From Promethearchaeota archaeon (lineage in GTDB: Archaea > Asgardarchaeota > Lokiarchaeia > Sigyniarchaeales > SOKP01): a stretch of 24,000 bases of DNA. The notes under the pieces were generated by a model, which was not told the origin of the DNA, ran no database searches, and worked only from the letters and a program-made list of their open reading frames with translations. The position numbers were made by a program, and so were the translations under genes. The DNA lies in contig JALGVJ010000020.1 in the NCBI GenBank assembly GCA_029838195.1, positions 22,240 through 46,239 of the forward strand, in the 5' to 3' direction. Positions 1 through 11,403 of this stretch are shown here, piece after piece (within the stretch, counting starts at the first letter, position 1; every line of letters begins with the position of its first letter).

Positions 1-116
1 ATGTATAAAGAAATAAGCTCCGTATGAAATCCTTTCTTATCCTTCAAATATTCAAGTAATTTCTTGGTCTTGTAAATCTTTAATTTATTTTGTTTCGCTT
101 TTTCCGTTATACTCAT
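1..116 (-). CDS. prf1: Peptide chain release factor aRF1/eRF1 family, N-terminal 38 codons only (gene continues past the left edge)
   Basis: Reverse-strand ATG at 116..114 opens a frame reading MSITEKAKQNKLKIYKTKKLLEYLKDKKGFHTELISLY(I). The G-x-x-TELISLYI segment is the conserved N-terminal signature of class-I release factors as I recall it. Only a fragment is visible. Confidence 0.55.
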   Translation of the reverse strand, partial: MSITEKAKQNKLKIYKTKKLLEYLKDKKGFHTELISLY

Positions 117-210
117 TTCCATCTACAAGTTCAAAAAAAATCCAAAAGATTAATAGTTTTTCATTATTTTTTCTAAATAATCATTTACAACCGGTTTGGG
201 ATAGCATCTC

Positions 211-1008
211 ATGTCTCAAGAAAACGGAAATAACAGTACCATTCCGCGCTCTCATCCACGCTATCTTAGCCTTAAATATCGACATAAAATCATTGAAGGG
301 ATGAAAAATCTCGTGGTTGCCGAAGCCGGACTCATCGCTCATGGCCGGGGGGAGGCATTTGATTATATTCTGGGCGAGAGGACCAACGAAATTGCCAGGG
401 AAGCCATTAAAGCCGCCTCAGCATTATTGCTATTGGCCAAAAAGCCCGTTATTAGCGTGAATGGAAATACTGCCGCACTTGTTCCTAAAGAAATTGTTGA
501 GCTTTCCAAGATTTTGAAAGCACCCTTGGAAATTAACTTATTTTACAAGAAAAAAGGTAGGATAGAAGCCATTAAAAAAGTCTTAGAAGAGGCAGGAGCC
601 CTTGACATTCGCGGAATCCACGAGGAAAAACTCGTGGAAATTGAAGGATTAGACAGCAACAGGAGATTAGTAGAATCCATCAAGGATGCGGATGTTGTCA
701 TGGTCCCCTTAGAAGACGGTGATAGAACGGAAGCGTTAAAAAAATTAGGGAAAAAAATCATAGCCATCGATTTAAATCCCTTGAGCAGAACCGCTTTATG
801 GGCAGATATTACCATCGTGGATAATATTGTAAGAGCCATTCCACTCATGAATACTCTGATTCAAAAGTTAAAAAATAGCACTAAAAGCGAATTGGAAGAA
901 ATTGTTCGCCGGTTTGACAACAAAAAATGCATTCAAGCCTCCTTAGAACTCATTAAGAACTACTTGGATGTCCAAAAAGAAAAAGCTTTTAAAAACGTGA
1001 AAATTTAA
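211..1008 (+). CDS. 4-phosphopantoate--beta-alanine ligase (archaeal phosphopantothenate synthetase, COG1701/DUF137 family)
   Basis: 265-aa ORF with HPRY-x-SL, AEAGLIAHGRGEAFDYILGE, PVISVNGNTAALVP, VPLEDGDRTEALKKLGK and IAIDLNPLSRTA blocks. These match my recollection of the archaeal PPS family. It sits next to ketopantoate reductase. Confidence 0.85.
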   Translation: MSQENGNNSTIPRSHPRYLSLKYRHKIIEGMKNLVVAEAGLIAHGRGEAFDYILGERTNEIAREAIKAASALLLLAKKPVISVNGNTAALVPKEIVELSKILKAPLEINLFYKKKGRIEAIKKVLEEAGALDIRGIHEEKLVEIEGLDSNRRLVESIKDADVVMVPLEDGDRTEALKKLGKKIIAIDLNPLSRTALWADITIVDNIVRAIPLMNTLIQKLKNSTKSELEEIVRRFDNKKCIQASLELIKNYLDVQKEKAFKNVKI

Positions 1009-1086
1009 ATCACTTTGTATTTAAAAAACCTTAAAAGGTCTATCTTTATATCTTATATATTCAAGACGAGTAAAAAACACCTTTTA

Positions 1087-1626
1087 ATGAATAAAAAAAT
1101 AGGAATTGATAAAAACGTGGTAAACAATTCTCAGCCCCTTGCCCATCTCAATAACCTCTATTCCATAAGAAGATGCACGGTTCATGATTTGGAGGGGGTC
1201 ATTGCTGTCAATGAAAGGGAACTGCCCGAAGATTATCCCTATTTCTTTTATAAGAACATCTTGGATAACTTCGGCGATGCCTTCCTTGTCGCCGTTTCAC
1301 CCTCTAATGAAATAATTGGTTATATCATGTGGCGAGTGGAAAAAACGCCTTCTTTAAATAGCTTGCGCCTAATTCACAAGGGACACTTGGTCTCCATCGC
1401 CGTAGATTCCCATCATAGAAGAAAAGGAATCGCCACGGCTTTATTGACTTATTCCATGCCCATCATTAAAAAATATAATATATGCGAGTATGTTCTGGAA
1501 GTGCGCGTTTCTAATCAACCCGCCATAAATCTCTATAAAAAATTTAATTTCCAAGTACACTCCATAAAAAAGTGTTATTATCGCGATGGAGAAAACGCCT
1601 ATTACATGATCAAAAAGGTCAGTTGA
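1087..1626 (+). CDS. GNAT-family N-alpha-acetyltransferase (RimI / Ard1-Naa10-like)
   Basis: Acetyl-CoA binding motif A is present (HLVSIAVDSHHRRKGIATALL), followed by NQPAINLYKKFNF and YYRDGENAYYM. The ORF track starts at TTG 1015, but that 24-aa extension is low-complexity, so I prefer ATG 1087 (MNKKIG...). The stop is TGA at 1624-1626. Confidence 0.8.
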   Translation: MNKKIGIDKNVVNNSQPLAHLNNLYSIRRCTVHDLEGVIAVNERELPEDYPYFFYKNILDNFGDAFLVAVSPSNEIIGYIMWRVEKTPSLNSLRLIHKGHLVSIAVDSHHRRKGIATALLTYSMPIIKKYNICEYVLEVRVSNQPAINLYKKFNFQVHSIKKCYYRDGENAYYMIKKVS

Positions 1627-1628
1627 GC

Positions 1629-2615
1629 CTACACGCTCATAGAACGCTCTAAACCTTTAATTAATGCCGTTAACATCGCATTTATCGGGGCATTCATTCC
1701 CAACTTTTCTGCAATCTCCACGATTTTCCCATTAATGAAATCGATCTCAGTTTTCTTCCCCTTTAACACGTCTTGTAACATGGAATTTTGATTTCTTGCC
1801 GTTTTTCTTGCCACTTCTATCATGGCTGCCACGTGATCTTTATCTTCCACGGAAAATCCTCCCTTTTTCGCCATCATCACGGCTTCTTTCACGCTTTCTT
1901 CCATTAAACGCCTCACGGGAATCACCTCCAACATCTCTCCATTTCGCAACCGCGTTAATGCCCCAATCGCATTAATCCCAATATTCACGAATATCTTTTC
2001 CCAGCACTCTTTTTGAATATCCTCCACTATAATGGTCTCAAATTCCGCCGATTCAAAAATCTCTTTTAACGTCCTCAATTGTTCCCTCTCTTTATTGCCA
2101 CGGCTCTGAAAAGGAAATCCAATTTTCGTGATCCCCCTGCCAGTATGGACTACGGTCCCCCATTTTATCAAATTTGCACCCTCCGTCGTTAGAGCTCTAA
2201 TTATTTTACCCTCATCACAATACGTTTTCACCCGCTCCTCATTCCCAACTCCATTCTGCAAGATGACCAAAGCTTCACATGATTTAACCAATTCCTTGTA
2301 TTCCCTCATGGCTGCATCTATCGCATGAGCTTTCGTCGTGAGAAAAAGAAAATCAAAAGTACTTGGAATTTCCCCGCTCCTCGCTTTCTCAAAATATTCC
2401 ATTGACGTGAATGCTTTTACCTCAGGACAAATTAATCTCTCATCCCCTTTTACCACGATTAATCCCTCTCGTGAAATCGCCTCCACGTGCCCCTCTCGAC
2501 CAAATAACACCACACGTGTCCGATATTTCTCCGAAGAAATCAAGGACAGGCAACCCCCAAATAAGCTTCCAATGCTCCCGGCACCAATGAATCCAAATGT
2601 AAGTGCTCGCACCAT
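1629..2615 (-). CDS. panE: 2-dehydropantoate 2-reductase (ketopantoate reductase, ApbA/PanE family)
   Basis: N-terminal Rossmann motif GFIGAGSIGSLFGG, LQNGVGNEE, and the C-terminal SMLQDVLKGKKTEIDFINGKIV signature typical of PanE/ApbA. Confidence 0.85.
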   Translation of the reverse strand: MVRALTFGFIGAGSIGSLFGGCLSLISSEKYRTRVVLFGREGHVEAISREGLIVVKGDERLICPEVKAFTSMEYFEKARSGEIPSTFDFLFLTTKAHAIDAAMREYKELVKSCEALVILQNGVGNEERVKTYCDEGKIIRALTTEGANLIKWGTVVHTGRGITKIGFPFQSRGNKEREQLRTLKEIFESAEFETIIVEDIQKECWEKIFVNIGINAIGALTRLRNGEMLEVIPVRRLMEESVKEAVMMAKKGGFSVEDKDHVAAMIEVARKTARNQNSMLQDVLKGKKTEIDFINGKIVEIAEKLGMNAPINAMLTALIKGLERSMSV

Positions 2616-2679
2616 TTAATTGCCTTCCATTCTTCTTTTCTTACTTTTTTTCAATAATTTTTAAATGAATATTAATTCC

Positions 2680-3555
2680 TTAAAAAAATTTATCTAAGGT
2701 TGTTTGCCCTTGAGCTACCTCTCCCGACTTTTTCCTCAAATCCAAAATTGAAACCTTTTCCGGCTCCTTTCTCGGCTGAATATTTAGCTCCCTCATCATC
2801 ATAAGGGCATTTTTCGCCGCATATCCAGAAAAATGGTTGTTAAAATATATTCCCACGTTCTCCACCTTTTCAATAACATTCTTCAATTCCCCCGCCCAAT
2901 GTTTTATCTCTTCTTCCTTAAATAAGTAATCAAACCAAATCCGCTTCCCATAGCCGTGAAATCGAATGTAAAAAAATTCAGGCGTGGTAACGTCCATGCA
3001 TGGAGGCAATAACGGCTCTACCACGTTACAATATGTCACCTCCACATCTCTTAGATAATTGAATACTTCCTCTTCCATCCATGACTCATGCCGAAATTCC
3101 ACCACCAAATGATACCCTTTCTCCTTCCACTCTTCCGGCCATGCCTCTATAAACTCCTTTAAATTCGAAAAATGCTCTTCCCTCTTAAAAGAAGGCGGCA
3201 ACTGTATTAAAAAAGCCCAAATCTTCCTCGCCTCGATCATGGGCGACATCACCTCCAAAAACCGATCTAATTCAAATTGACACCCCGCATGCTCCAATTT
3301 CTGCTCGTGCGTGATGACACGAGGAAGCTTCGCAGAAAACATGAAATCCAGCGGCGTCTTTCTCACCCAATTCTCCACGACACGACGCAAGGGCACGTGA
3401 TAAAACGTGGTATTGATCTCGCTCGTATGAAAAATCTCGGAATAATACAACAAAAATTGCTCCTTTTTTATCACGCGCGGATAAAATGGCCCCACCCACT
3501 CATCATACCCCCATCCCGATGTACCTATAAGTATCCTTCTCGCCATTTTCCTCAC
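2680..3555 (-). CDS. DUF72 (YecE/UPF0759) family protein
   Basis: N-terminal IGTSGWGYDEWVGPFYP and EINTTFYHVP are the hallmark DUF72 motifs. The length (291 aa) is typical for the family. Confidence 0.85.
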   Translation of the reverse strand: MRKMARRILIGTSGWGYDEWVGPFYPRVIKKEQFLLYYSEIFHTSEINTTFYHVPLRRVVENWVRKTPLDFMFSAKLPRVITHEQKLEHAGCQFELDRFLEVMSPMIEARKIWAFLIQLPPSFKREEHFSNLKEFIEAWPEEWKEKGYHLVVEFRHESWMEEEVFNYLRDVEVTYCNVVEPLLPPCMDVTTPEFFYIRFHGYGKRIWFDYLFKEEEIKHWAGELKNVIEKVENVGIYFNNHFSGYAAKNALMMMRELNIQPRKEPEKVSILDLRKKSGEVAQGQTTLDKFF

Positions 3556-3646
3556 CTTCTCACACCCCTTAATGCTTCTTCCCTTAAAAAACTTTGATTA
3601 AAAAACTAAAATTTTGAGAAATAAAACCATCCCTCTAAAAAAAATA

Positions 3647-3742
3647 AAAAATATTTATTCCTTCCCAGTCTCCTCCATGACCCCCCCTTTTTCCTTTTTC
3701 CGCCTTCACCCCTCCCTTTCATGTCACCGAAAAATATTTATT
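3647..3742 (+). promoter_or_regulatory. Two direct copies of AAAAATATTTATT (3647-3659 and 3730-3742) bracketing a ~70-nt C/T-rich block; candidate upstream tandem promoters of the 23S unit
   Basis: The 13-nt repeat is read directly from the sequence, and each copy is TATA-like. Function is not demonstrated. Confidence 0.25.
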
Positions 3743-3797
3743 TCTCTAATGATTTATTTGTCTTGTCGATGATATTTAATTCATTCCTAAAAATGAC

Positions 3798-3805
3798 TTT
3801 TATAT
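3798..3805 (+). promoter_or_regulatory. Candidate TATA box (TTTTATAT) of the 23S rRNA transcription unit
   Basis: Archaeal box-A-like octamer. About 25-30 nt downstream (near 3830) the composition switches abruptly from AT-rich spacer to GC-rich structured RNA, which is consistent with a transcription start there. Confidence 0.4.
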
Positions 3806-3829
3806 CATCGCAAATTATTGGTAAGAAAA

Positions 3830-4106
3830 ATGCCTCATCCCACGGATGATGCAGTGCCAATAATTGGTACGGGCCTCGTGGAAGTACATCGGACCGGAAC
3901 CTATAAAATACCTCCGCCCGATGCTACGGGAAACGAGTGCTTGAAACGACTGCCGTACCGCTCCTCATTAGTCGCTTCAAGAACTCCCGTGCCAAGCACG
4001 ACCACCGTGCTCATAGGAACTCCTTCCCCACGCAAGCGTGATTCTCAATCATATCACCACGTTGCAACCCCTTGCAACTCAACACGATACCCTTACACGT
4101 AATGCG
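3830..4106 (+). other. Structured GC-rich 5' leader (external transcribed spacer) of pre-23S rRNA
   Basis: GC-rich with several strong hairpins: 3936-3951/3970-3985 (14 of 16 bp), AGCACG/CGTGCT near 3996-4012, and GTTGCAA-CCCC-TTGCAAC at 4061-4078. No tRNA or 5S signature is present. The track ORF 3818..4102 here is spurious. Confidence 0.6.
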
Positions 4107-4129
4107 CCCTCAAACGAGCACTCTGAACC
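4107..4129 (+). other. 5' strand of the bulge-helix-bulge (BHB) processing stem flanking 23S rRNA
   Basis: 4107-4115 pairs with 7494-7502 (9 bp). 4116-4119 (GAGC) pairs with 7487-7490 (GCUU), giving 4 bp. 4120-4122 (ACU) is a 3-nt bulge. 4123-4129 pairs with 7480-7486 (7 bp). Confidence 0.8.
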
Positions 4130-4139
4130 TTTCCCTGAG

Positions 4140-7470
<3,331 letters not shown>

Positions 7471-7479
7471 GGGCTTGTT

Positions 7480-7502
7480 GGTTCAGGCTTAGGGTTTGAG
7501 GG
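7480..7502 (+). other. 3' strand of the BHB processing stem flanking 23S rRNA
   Basis: 7480-7486 pairs with 4123-4129. 7487-7490 pairs with 4116-4119. 7491-7493 (AGG) is a 3-nt bulge. 7494-7502 pairs with 4107-4115. A further 9-bp leader/trailer helix joins 4091-4099 with 7523-7531. Confidence 0.8.
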
Positions 7503-7907
7503 ATTAGAGAGGCAAGAAGAGGCGTGTAAGGAAAAAGCATGAGGTGTAAGAAGAGTGAGGTGTGAGGTGGTTAGAGGGGTTGAGAATGGGAGCGGAGGCG
7601 TGTGGTGTATAAGGAGGAGTTCCGATGGGCATGATGGAGTTTTATTTTTTTCATTTATTGTTATTTTTAAGATATTGAGAGATAAGGCGATTCGGGGAAG
7701 GCAAATTCAAATTTATTTTAAATGGATTGAAATGACCAGATTCATGACGTTAGAGGAGAATATAGTTTAGTTGTTCTTTCTATTATTGGAGAGGAGAATA
7801 AGGGAAATTGTTAAGAGTAGAAGATAAAAAAAAAAAAAGGAAGATTGTATCATGCGATGAGCTTGAAGTCTAACAAGAGATTGGTGAGAAAATTAGCCAA
7901 ATTTCTG

Positions 7908-8843
7908 TTAATCTTCCAGTAATCCGAATTGTACAAATATATCATTTTTTGCTTTATCTATTGATGCGATTGTTTTTCTAATGTTATTAAGTGAATCTGT
8001 ATTTTGTTTTTCAGCTTTTCTCAGGAGTTGGATAATGGCATTAAAATTATTTTCTACGGTATTTTTGATATCTTCCAGCTGGTCAACGACTTTACTAATC
8101 TTGACGGAGGCGTGTTGTCGTTCTATCAAGAATAAAGTGCTCAAGAGACCGCTGGTATTGACAGGGATGACCTTGCTTGTTTGAAGGGATTTAATGATCT
8201 CATTGTTCAGGGAAAGATAAATATAGTCGGGTATGAACATCAAGGCAAAATTCATTGTTCCCGCGCTAGGATTGATATATCGGGCAACTTCAGGGATTCT
8301 ATTGAGAACGCGTTGGTTAATTTTCTTTCTTTCTTCTTTGGATAAAAACAATAATTCTCCTTCCTCCACATTTTTTTCAGGTAATAGTTCTTCACTGATT
8401 GAAAATTTTGAATCTAAAGGAAGAATCAAGTTATCTGGGGGCATGAAAATAGCGAAATCGACTCTTCCCATGCCTCCCGGAAGGGGATATTGTTCTTTCC
8501 ATAATTCTTCTGGAAAATTAGTGAGGATTGTTCTTACGATTCCTTCACCTAGCGTTCCTTTTGCGCTGGGTTTCATTAATAAGGTATCATAGAATTTTTG
8601 AAACCCTTCTCTTAAATTTTCACCAATGGACCTAATAGAATCGATTTGATTAAACAAGCTATTACTTAAGGTTTGGATGGTGGAAACAGTTCCATCGAGG
8701 CGATTAGAGGTGTCTGAGATTTTATTAACGTGTTGGAATTTCTTTTGTAAAAGAATATAAATGATAAAAGCGAGTACTATGATTATCACGATGGAACTCA
8801 GAAAAAATCCTGCAATCAATTCTCCCATTTTAAATTCACTCAT
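7908..8843 (-). CDS. rmuC: RmuC-family DNA recombination/nuclease protein with N-terminal transmembrane helix
   Basis: N-terminal hydrophobic helix (LIAGFFLSSIVIIIVLAFIIYILL) and a coiled-coil region. These are followed by KGTLGEGIVRTIL...GRVDFAIFMPPDNLILPLDSKFSI, which resembles the RmuC core (GxWGE ... D ... D-x-K nuclease-like block). Confidence 0.75.
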   Translation of the reverse strand: MSEFKMGELIAGFFLSSIVIIIVLAFIIYILLQKKFQHVNKISDTSNRLDGTVSTIQTLSNSLFNQIDSIRSIGENLREGFQKFYDTLLMKPSAKGTLGEGIVRTILTNFPEELWKEQYPLPGGMGRVDFAIFMPPDNLILPLDSKFSISEELLPEKNVEEGELLFLSKEERKKINQRVLNRIPEVARYINPSAGTMNFALMFIPDYIYLSLNNEIIKSLQTSKVIPVNTSGLLSTLFLIERQHASVKISKVVDQLEDIKNTVENNFNAIIQLLRKAEKQNTDSLNNIRKTIASIDKAKNDIFVQFGLLED

Positions 8844-9585
8844 TAACTTGATTTTTTGAATAAAGAATTTTATCTCTTTTTTTAAAATAAAAGGATCTAA
8901 TTAATGATTACATTTTTATTCTTTTTAAATTTTAATTTTTAAATCATACTAAAGGAACTATTATTTATATAAGCAAGGAATCTAATAAATCCCCGAGATG
9001 TGATCATCATTCCCACGGGGTTGAGGCCATGATCGCATTAGATCTCCCATAATCAAGAACTTTTTTAAAAAATCACTCTTCTCAGATCATTTATTCCAAT
9101 TTAAGGGGAAAAATTGAAACCTTTCTCAAAAAACAATAATTACCCCAAAATATTTGCAATCATTAAATTATTACTCATCGGTTTTTATTATTATTTTCAT
9201 TGTAAGGCGAGTGCACGTACATTTCCTCTTTAGTGATACCAAAATAGACTGCACCCCTTGTTCTCTTTCCCAAAACGTGAAAAAAGAGTTATTTTTGTCC
9301 ATTATATATATTAAAACCTTTATCATAATTAAATGATGTAAACAATAAACCCACATGATAGTGTAATGATAAAGGCGTGTAATCCTTTTTTTACTTATTA
9401 CATTCCCGTCTCTACCCCTCCTTGAAAAATAAAGTTCGATATTAATATAAAAGGAAAAACCTTTAGTTTTTATGAATTTCAAAACTCATCAAAAGAAGAT
9501 TTTGAGAATTTGTGTAGGAAACTGAAAATGTGGATAGGAAAAAAAATATGATACAGAACTTTTTCCTATTTCCGTCAGTTTCCCA

Positions 9586-9852
9586 ATGCTAAAAAGCCTT
9601 TACGAGGTGGAAGAACTCCTCGCAAAGGAAGTTTTTAAGAAAAAAATCGTGAGAAGATTCTTAAGCTGCGATTCCGCCTCTATTAATTATATCCTCTCCA
9701 GGGAATACATGAGGTACTTAGAGGAGGAAAATTTAGCTCCTCTCTATGATAAAAACGCTTTGGAAACCATTCCTTGGGAAGAAATTAACTTCAATTTTAT
9801 CGTACAATCATTTTCGGATGATTCAAGAAGAATACCAATTTATAAAGAATAA
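9586..9852 (+). CDS. Hypothetical protein (88 aa)
   Basis: ATG-initiated ORF with non-repetitive composition and no recognisable family. It is immediately preceded by a 67-nt imperfect inverted repeat. Confidence 0.3.
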   Translation: MLKSLYEVEELLAKEVFKKKIVRRFLSCDSASINYILSREYMRYLEEENLAPLYDKNALETIPWEEINFNFIVQSFSDDSRRIPIYKE

Positions 9853-9943
9853 AAAAATTTTAATCTTGTTTAAAAAACCCCCCAAGCATTTCATTTTAAA
9901 GTTCTTGAAAATGCTGGGGATTTAAGAGTGAAAAACTCATGAT

Positions 9944-10630
9944 TCACGTTCCAATTTCATTCAAGATTTGACGTAGCACGAGATTAAAATTAAGGGTTTC
10001 GGGGAGACCTTGATAAAATTCGCTTACTTTCACGATATTCAAGATGGCAATATTTCCTCCATTGAAATAGACTTTCCTAACGTCGCTGGCTTGTAATCCC
10101 CCCGCAACGCCGATGAGCGTGTCGAATTTGGAGCGGATTTTATTAATATCCTTGTAACGGATGATGATGCGTGGATTAGCTTCTTCATCTCGTCCTTTAT
10201 GAATGATGACGACGTTAGGGGGTTGTTTTAAACGCATTAATTTCTTGAGGGGATTATCGACGCCCAGCATATCAATCATGGAATACAACCCGTACCGCAT
10301 GCAAGAGGAAATGAATTGGTCTAAGGTTTCCGTGGGGGCGGTCCCGAGAGCTGTTACTCCATTTGCCCTTGCGTGATATGCAAAAGAAACTTCTTCTTTA
10401 GCTCCATCCATTATCTTGAGGTCTGCTACGAGGAATCCACTCCAATAACGCCGTAAATAGTGTAAGCCTTGAATGCCTTCTCTTTTTATGAAAGGGGTGC
10501 CTGCTTCTATAATGATGCGAACATCCCTCGGCAACTGAGGAAGGATTCGTGAGGCTTCCATGAGGGTGTGATTAAAGGCTAATTGAACATATCGTCGCGA
10601 GAAGGTTAACGTGCTAGGCATCATCATCAC
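9944..10630 (-). CDS. 3-hexulose-6-phosphate synthase-like protein (OMP-decarboxylase/HUMPS superfamily)
   Basis: The motif order matches HPS/KGPDC enzymes: VQLAFN (for LQxAxD), IIEAGTPFIKREG, VADLKIMDGAKEE, ANGVTALGTAPTET, IDMLG, HKGRDEE, GVAGGL. It lies 5 nt downstream of the stomatin gene on the same strand. Confidence 0.55.
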   Translation of the reverse strand: MMMMPSTLTFSRRYVQLAFNHTLMEASRILPQLPRDVRIIIEAGTPFIKREGIQGLHYLRRYWSGFLVADLKIMDGAKEEVSFAYHARANGVTALGTAPTETLDQFISSCMRYGLYSMIDMLGVDNPLKKLMRLKQPPNVVIIHKGRDEEANPRIIIRYKDINKIRSKFDTLIGVAGGLQASDVRKVYFNGGNIAILNIVKVSEFYQGLPETLNFNLVLRQILNEIGT

Positions 10631-10635
10631 TCAAT

Positions 10636-11403
10636 TTATCGTTTTTCAAAAATCTTTTCCAAGTTAGAGGGCAATAGAATGACGATTTTTTCGGAAGGAT
10701 CTTGGGAAATATCTCGTATGGTCTGGAGAGTTCGAAGCAATAACGCCCCCGGGTCTTTCGAGAGCGTTGCTGCTGCATTGTAGAGATTTTCTGCTGCGTT
10801 CAATTCTCCTTCGGAAGCAATGATTGCAGCCCTCTTTTCTCGCTCTGCTTCAGCCTGTTTAGCCATGGCTCGTTTCATTTCTGCTGGTAATTCTATCTCT
10901 TGTATCTTTATGCTGATAATGTCAATTCCCCATTCATTGGTTTCCGAATCCACGATTTCTCGAATGGAAGAGGCAATACGTTCTCGTTCGGTCAAAACAC
11001 TATCTAATTCCATGTTTCCGATGACATCTCGCAAGGCCGCTTGAGTATATTGTCTCACGGCGTAGGTATAATTTTCAATTTTTATGACAGCATCTTCCGG
11101 TCTTACGACTTTAAAATATACCACGGTATTGGCGATTACAGGAATATTATCTTTTGTAATGACCTCTTGGCGCGGAATATCTTCCGTCATGATTCTTAAA
11201 TCTACTTTTTTAGCGGATTCGACCCAAGGAAGGATGAACACCACGCCGGGGCCAATAGTTCTATGATATTTTCCTAATCGAAAAATGATCAATCGTTCGT
11301 ATTCCACTACGATTTTGAGACCCGATAAAATCCAAATGAGCAAAATAAAGCCCATGATTCCTCCAAAAATTAAACTAATAAACACTCCTATTTGATAGAT
11401 CAT
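10636..11403 (-). CDS. SPFH/band-7 (stomatin/prohibitin-like) membrane protein
   Basis: N-terminal TM helix, then a typical stomatin core: VVEYERLIIFRLGKY, GPGVVFILPWVE, DLRIMTEDIPRQEVITKDN, ALRDVIGNMELDSVLTERE, IELPAEMKRAMAKQAEAEREKRA. Confidence 0.9.
   Translation of the reverse strand: MIYQIGVFISLIFGGIMGFILLIWILSGLKIVVEYERLIIFRLGKYHRTIGPGVVFILPWVESAKKVDLRIMTEDIPRQEVITKDNIPVIANTVVYFKVVRPEDAVIKIENYTYAVRQYTQAALRDVIGNMELDSVLTERERIASSIREIVDSETNEWGIDIISIKIQEIELPAEMKRAMAKQAEAEREKRAAIIASEGELNAAENLYNAAATLSKDPGALLLRTLQTIRDISQDPSEKIVILLPSNLEKIFEKR

Noticed and set aside
1015-1086. TTG-initiated 24-aa N-terminal extension of the GNAT acetyltransferase
   Set aside because: The extension (MYLKNLKRSIFISYIFKTSKKHLL) is AT-driven low complexity, and it would leave only a 6-nt gap after the upstream stop. 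ATG 1087 gives a protein of normal GNAT length.
3860-4100. Possible 5S rRNA or spacer tRNA hidden in the GC-rich 23S leader
   Set aside because: No GTTCGAATC-type T-loop, no cloverleaf and no 5S loop-C/loop-E signatures could be found. The hairpins fit a structured leader.
7555-7770. 71-aa ORF downstream of the 23S
   Set aside because: It falls in the C-depleted purine-rich trailer. The translation is dominated by G/R/V/E from GAG/GTG/GGN words, and it has no start context or homology.
9154-9482. Two overlapping ORFs (9154..9336 plus strand, 9171..9482 minus strand) in the AT-rich spacer
   Set aside because: They are mutually antisense and give low-complexity Ile/Phe/Lys-rich translations, as expected by chance in ~25% GC DNA. 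No motifs were found.
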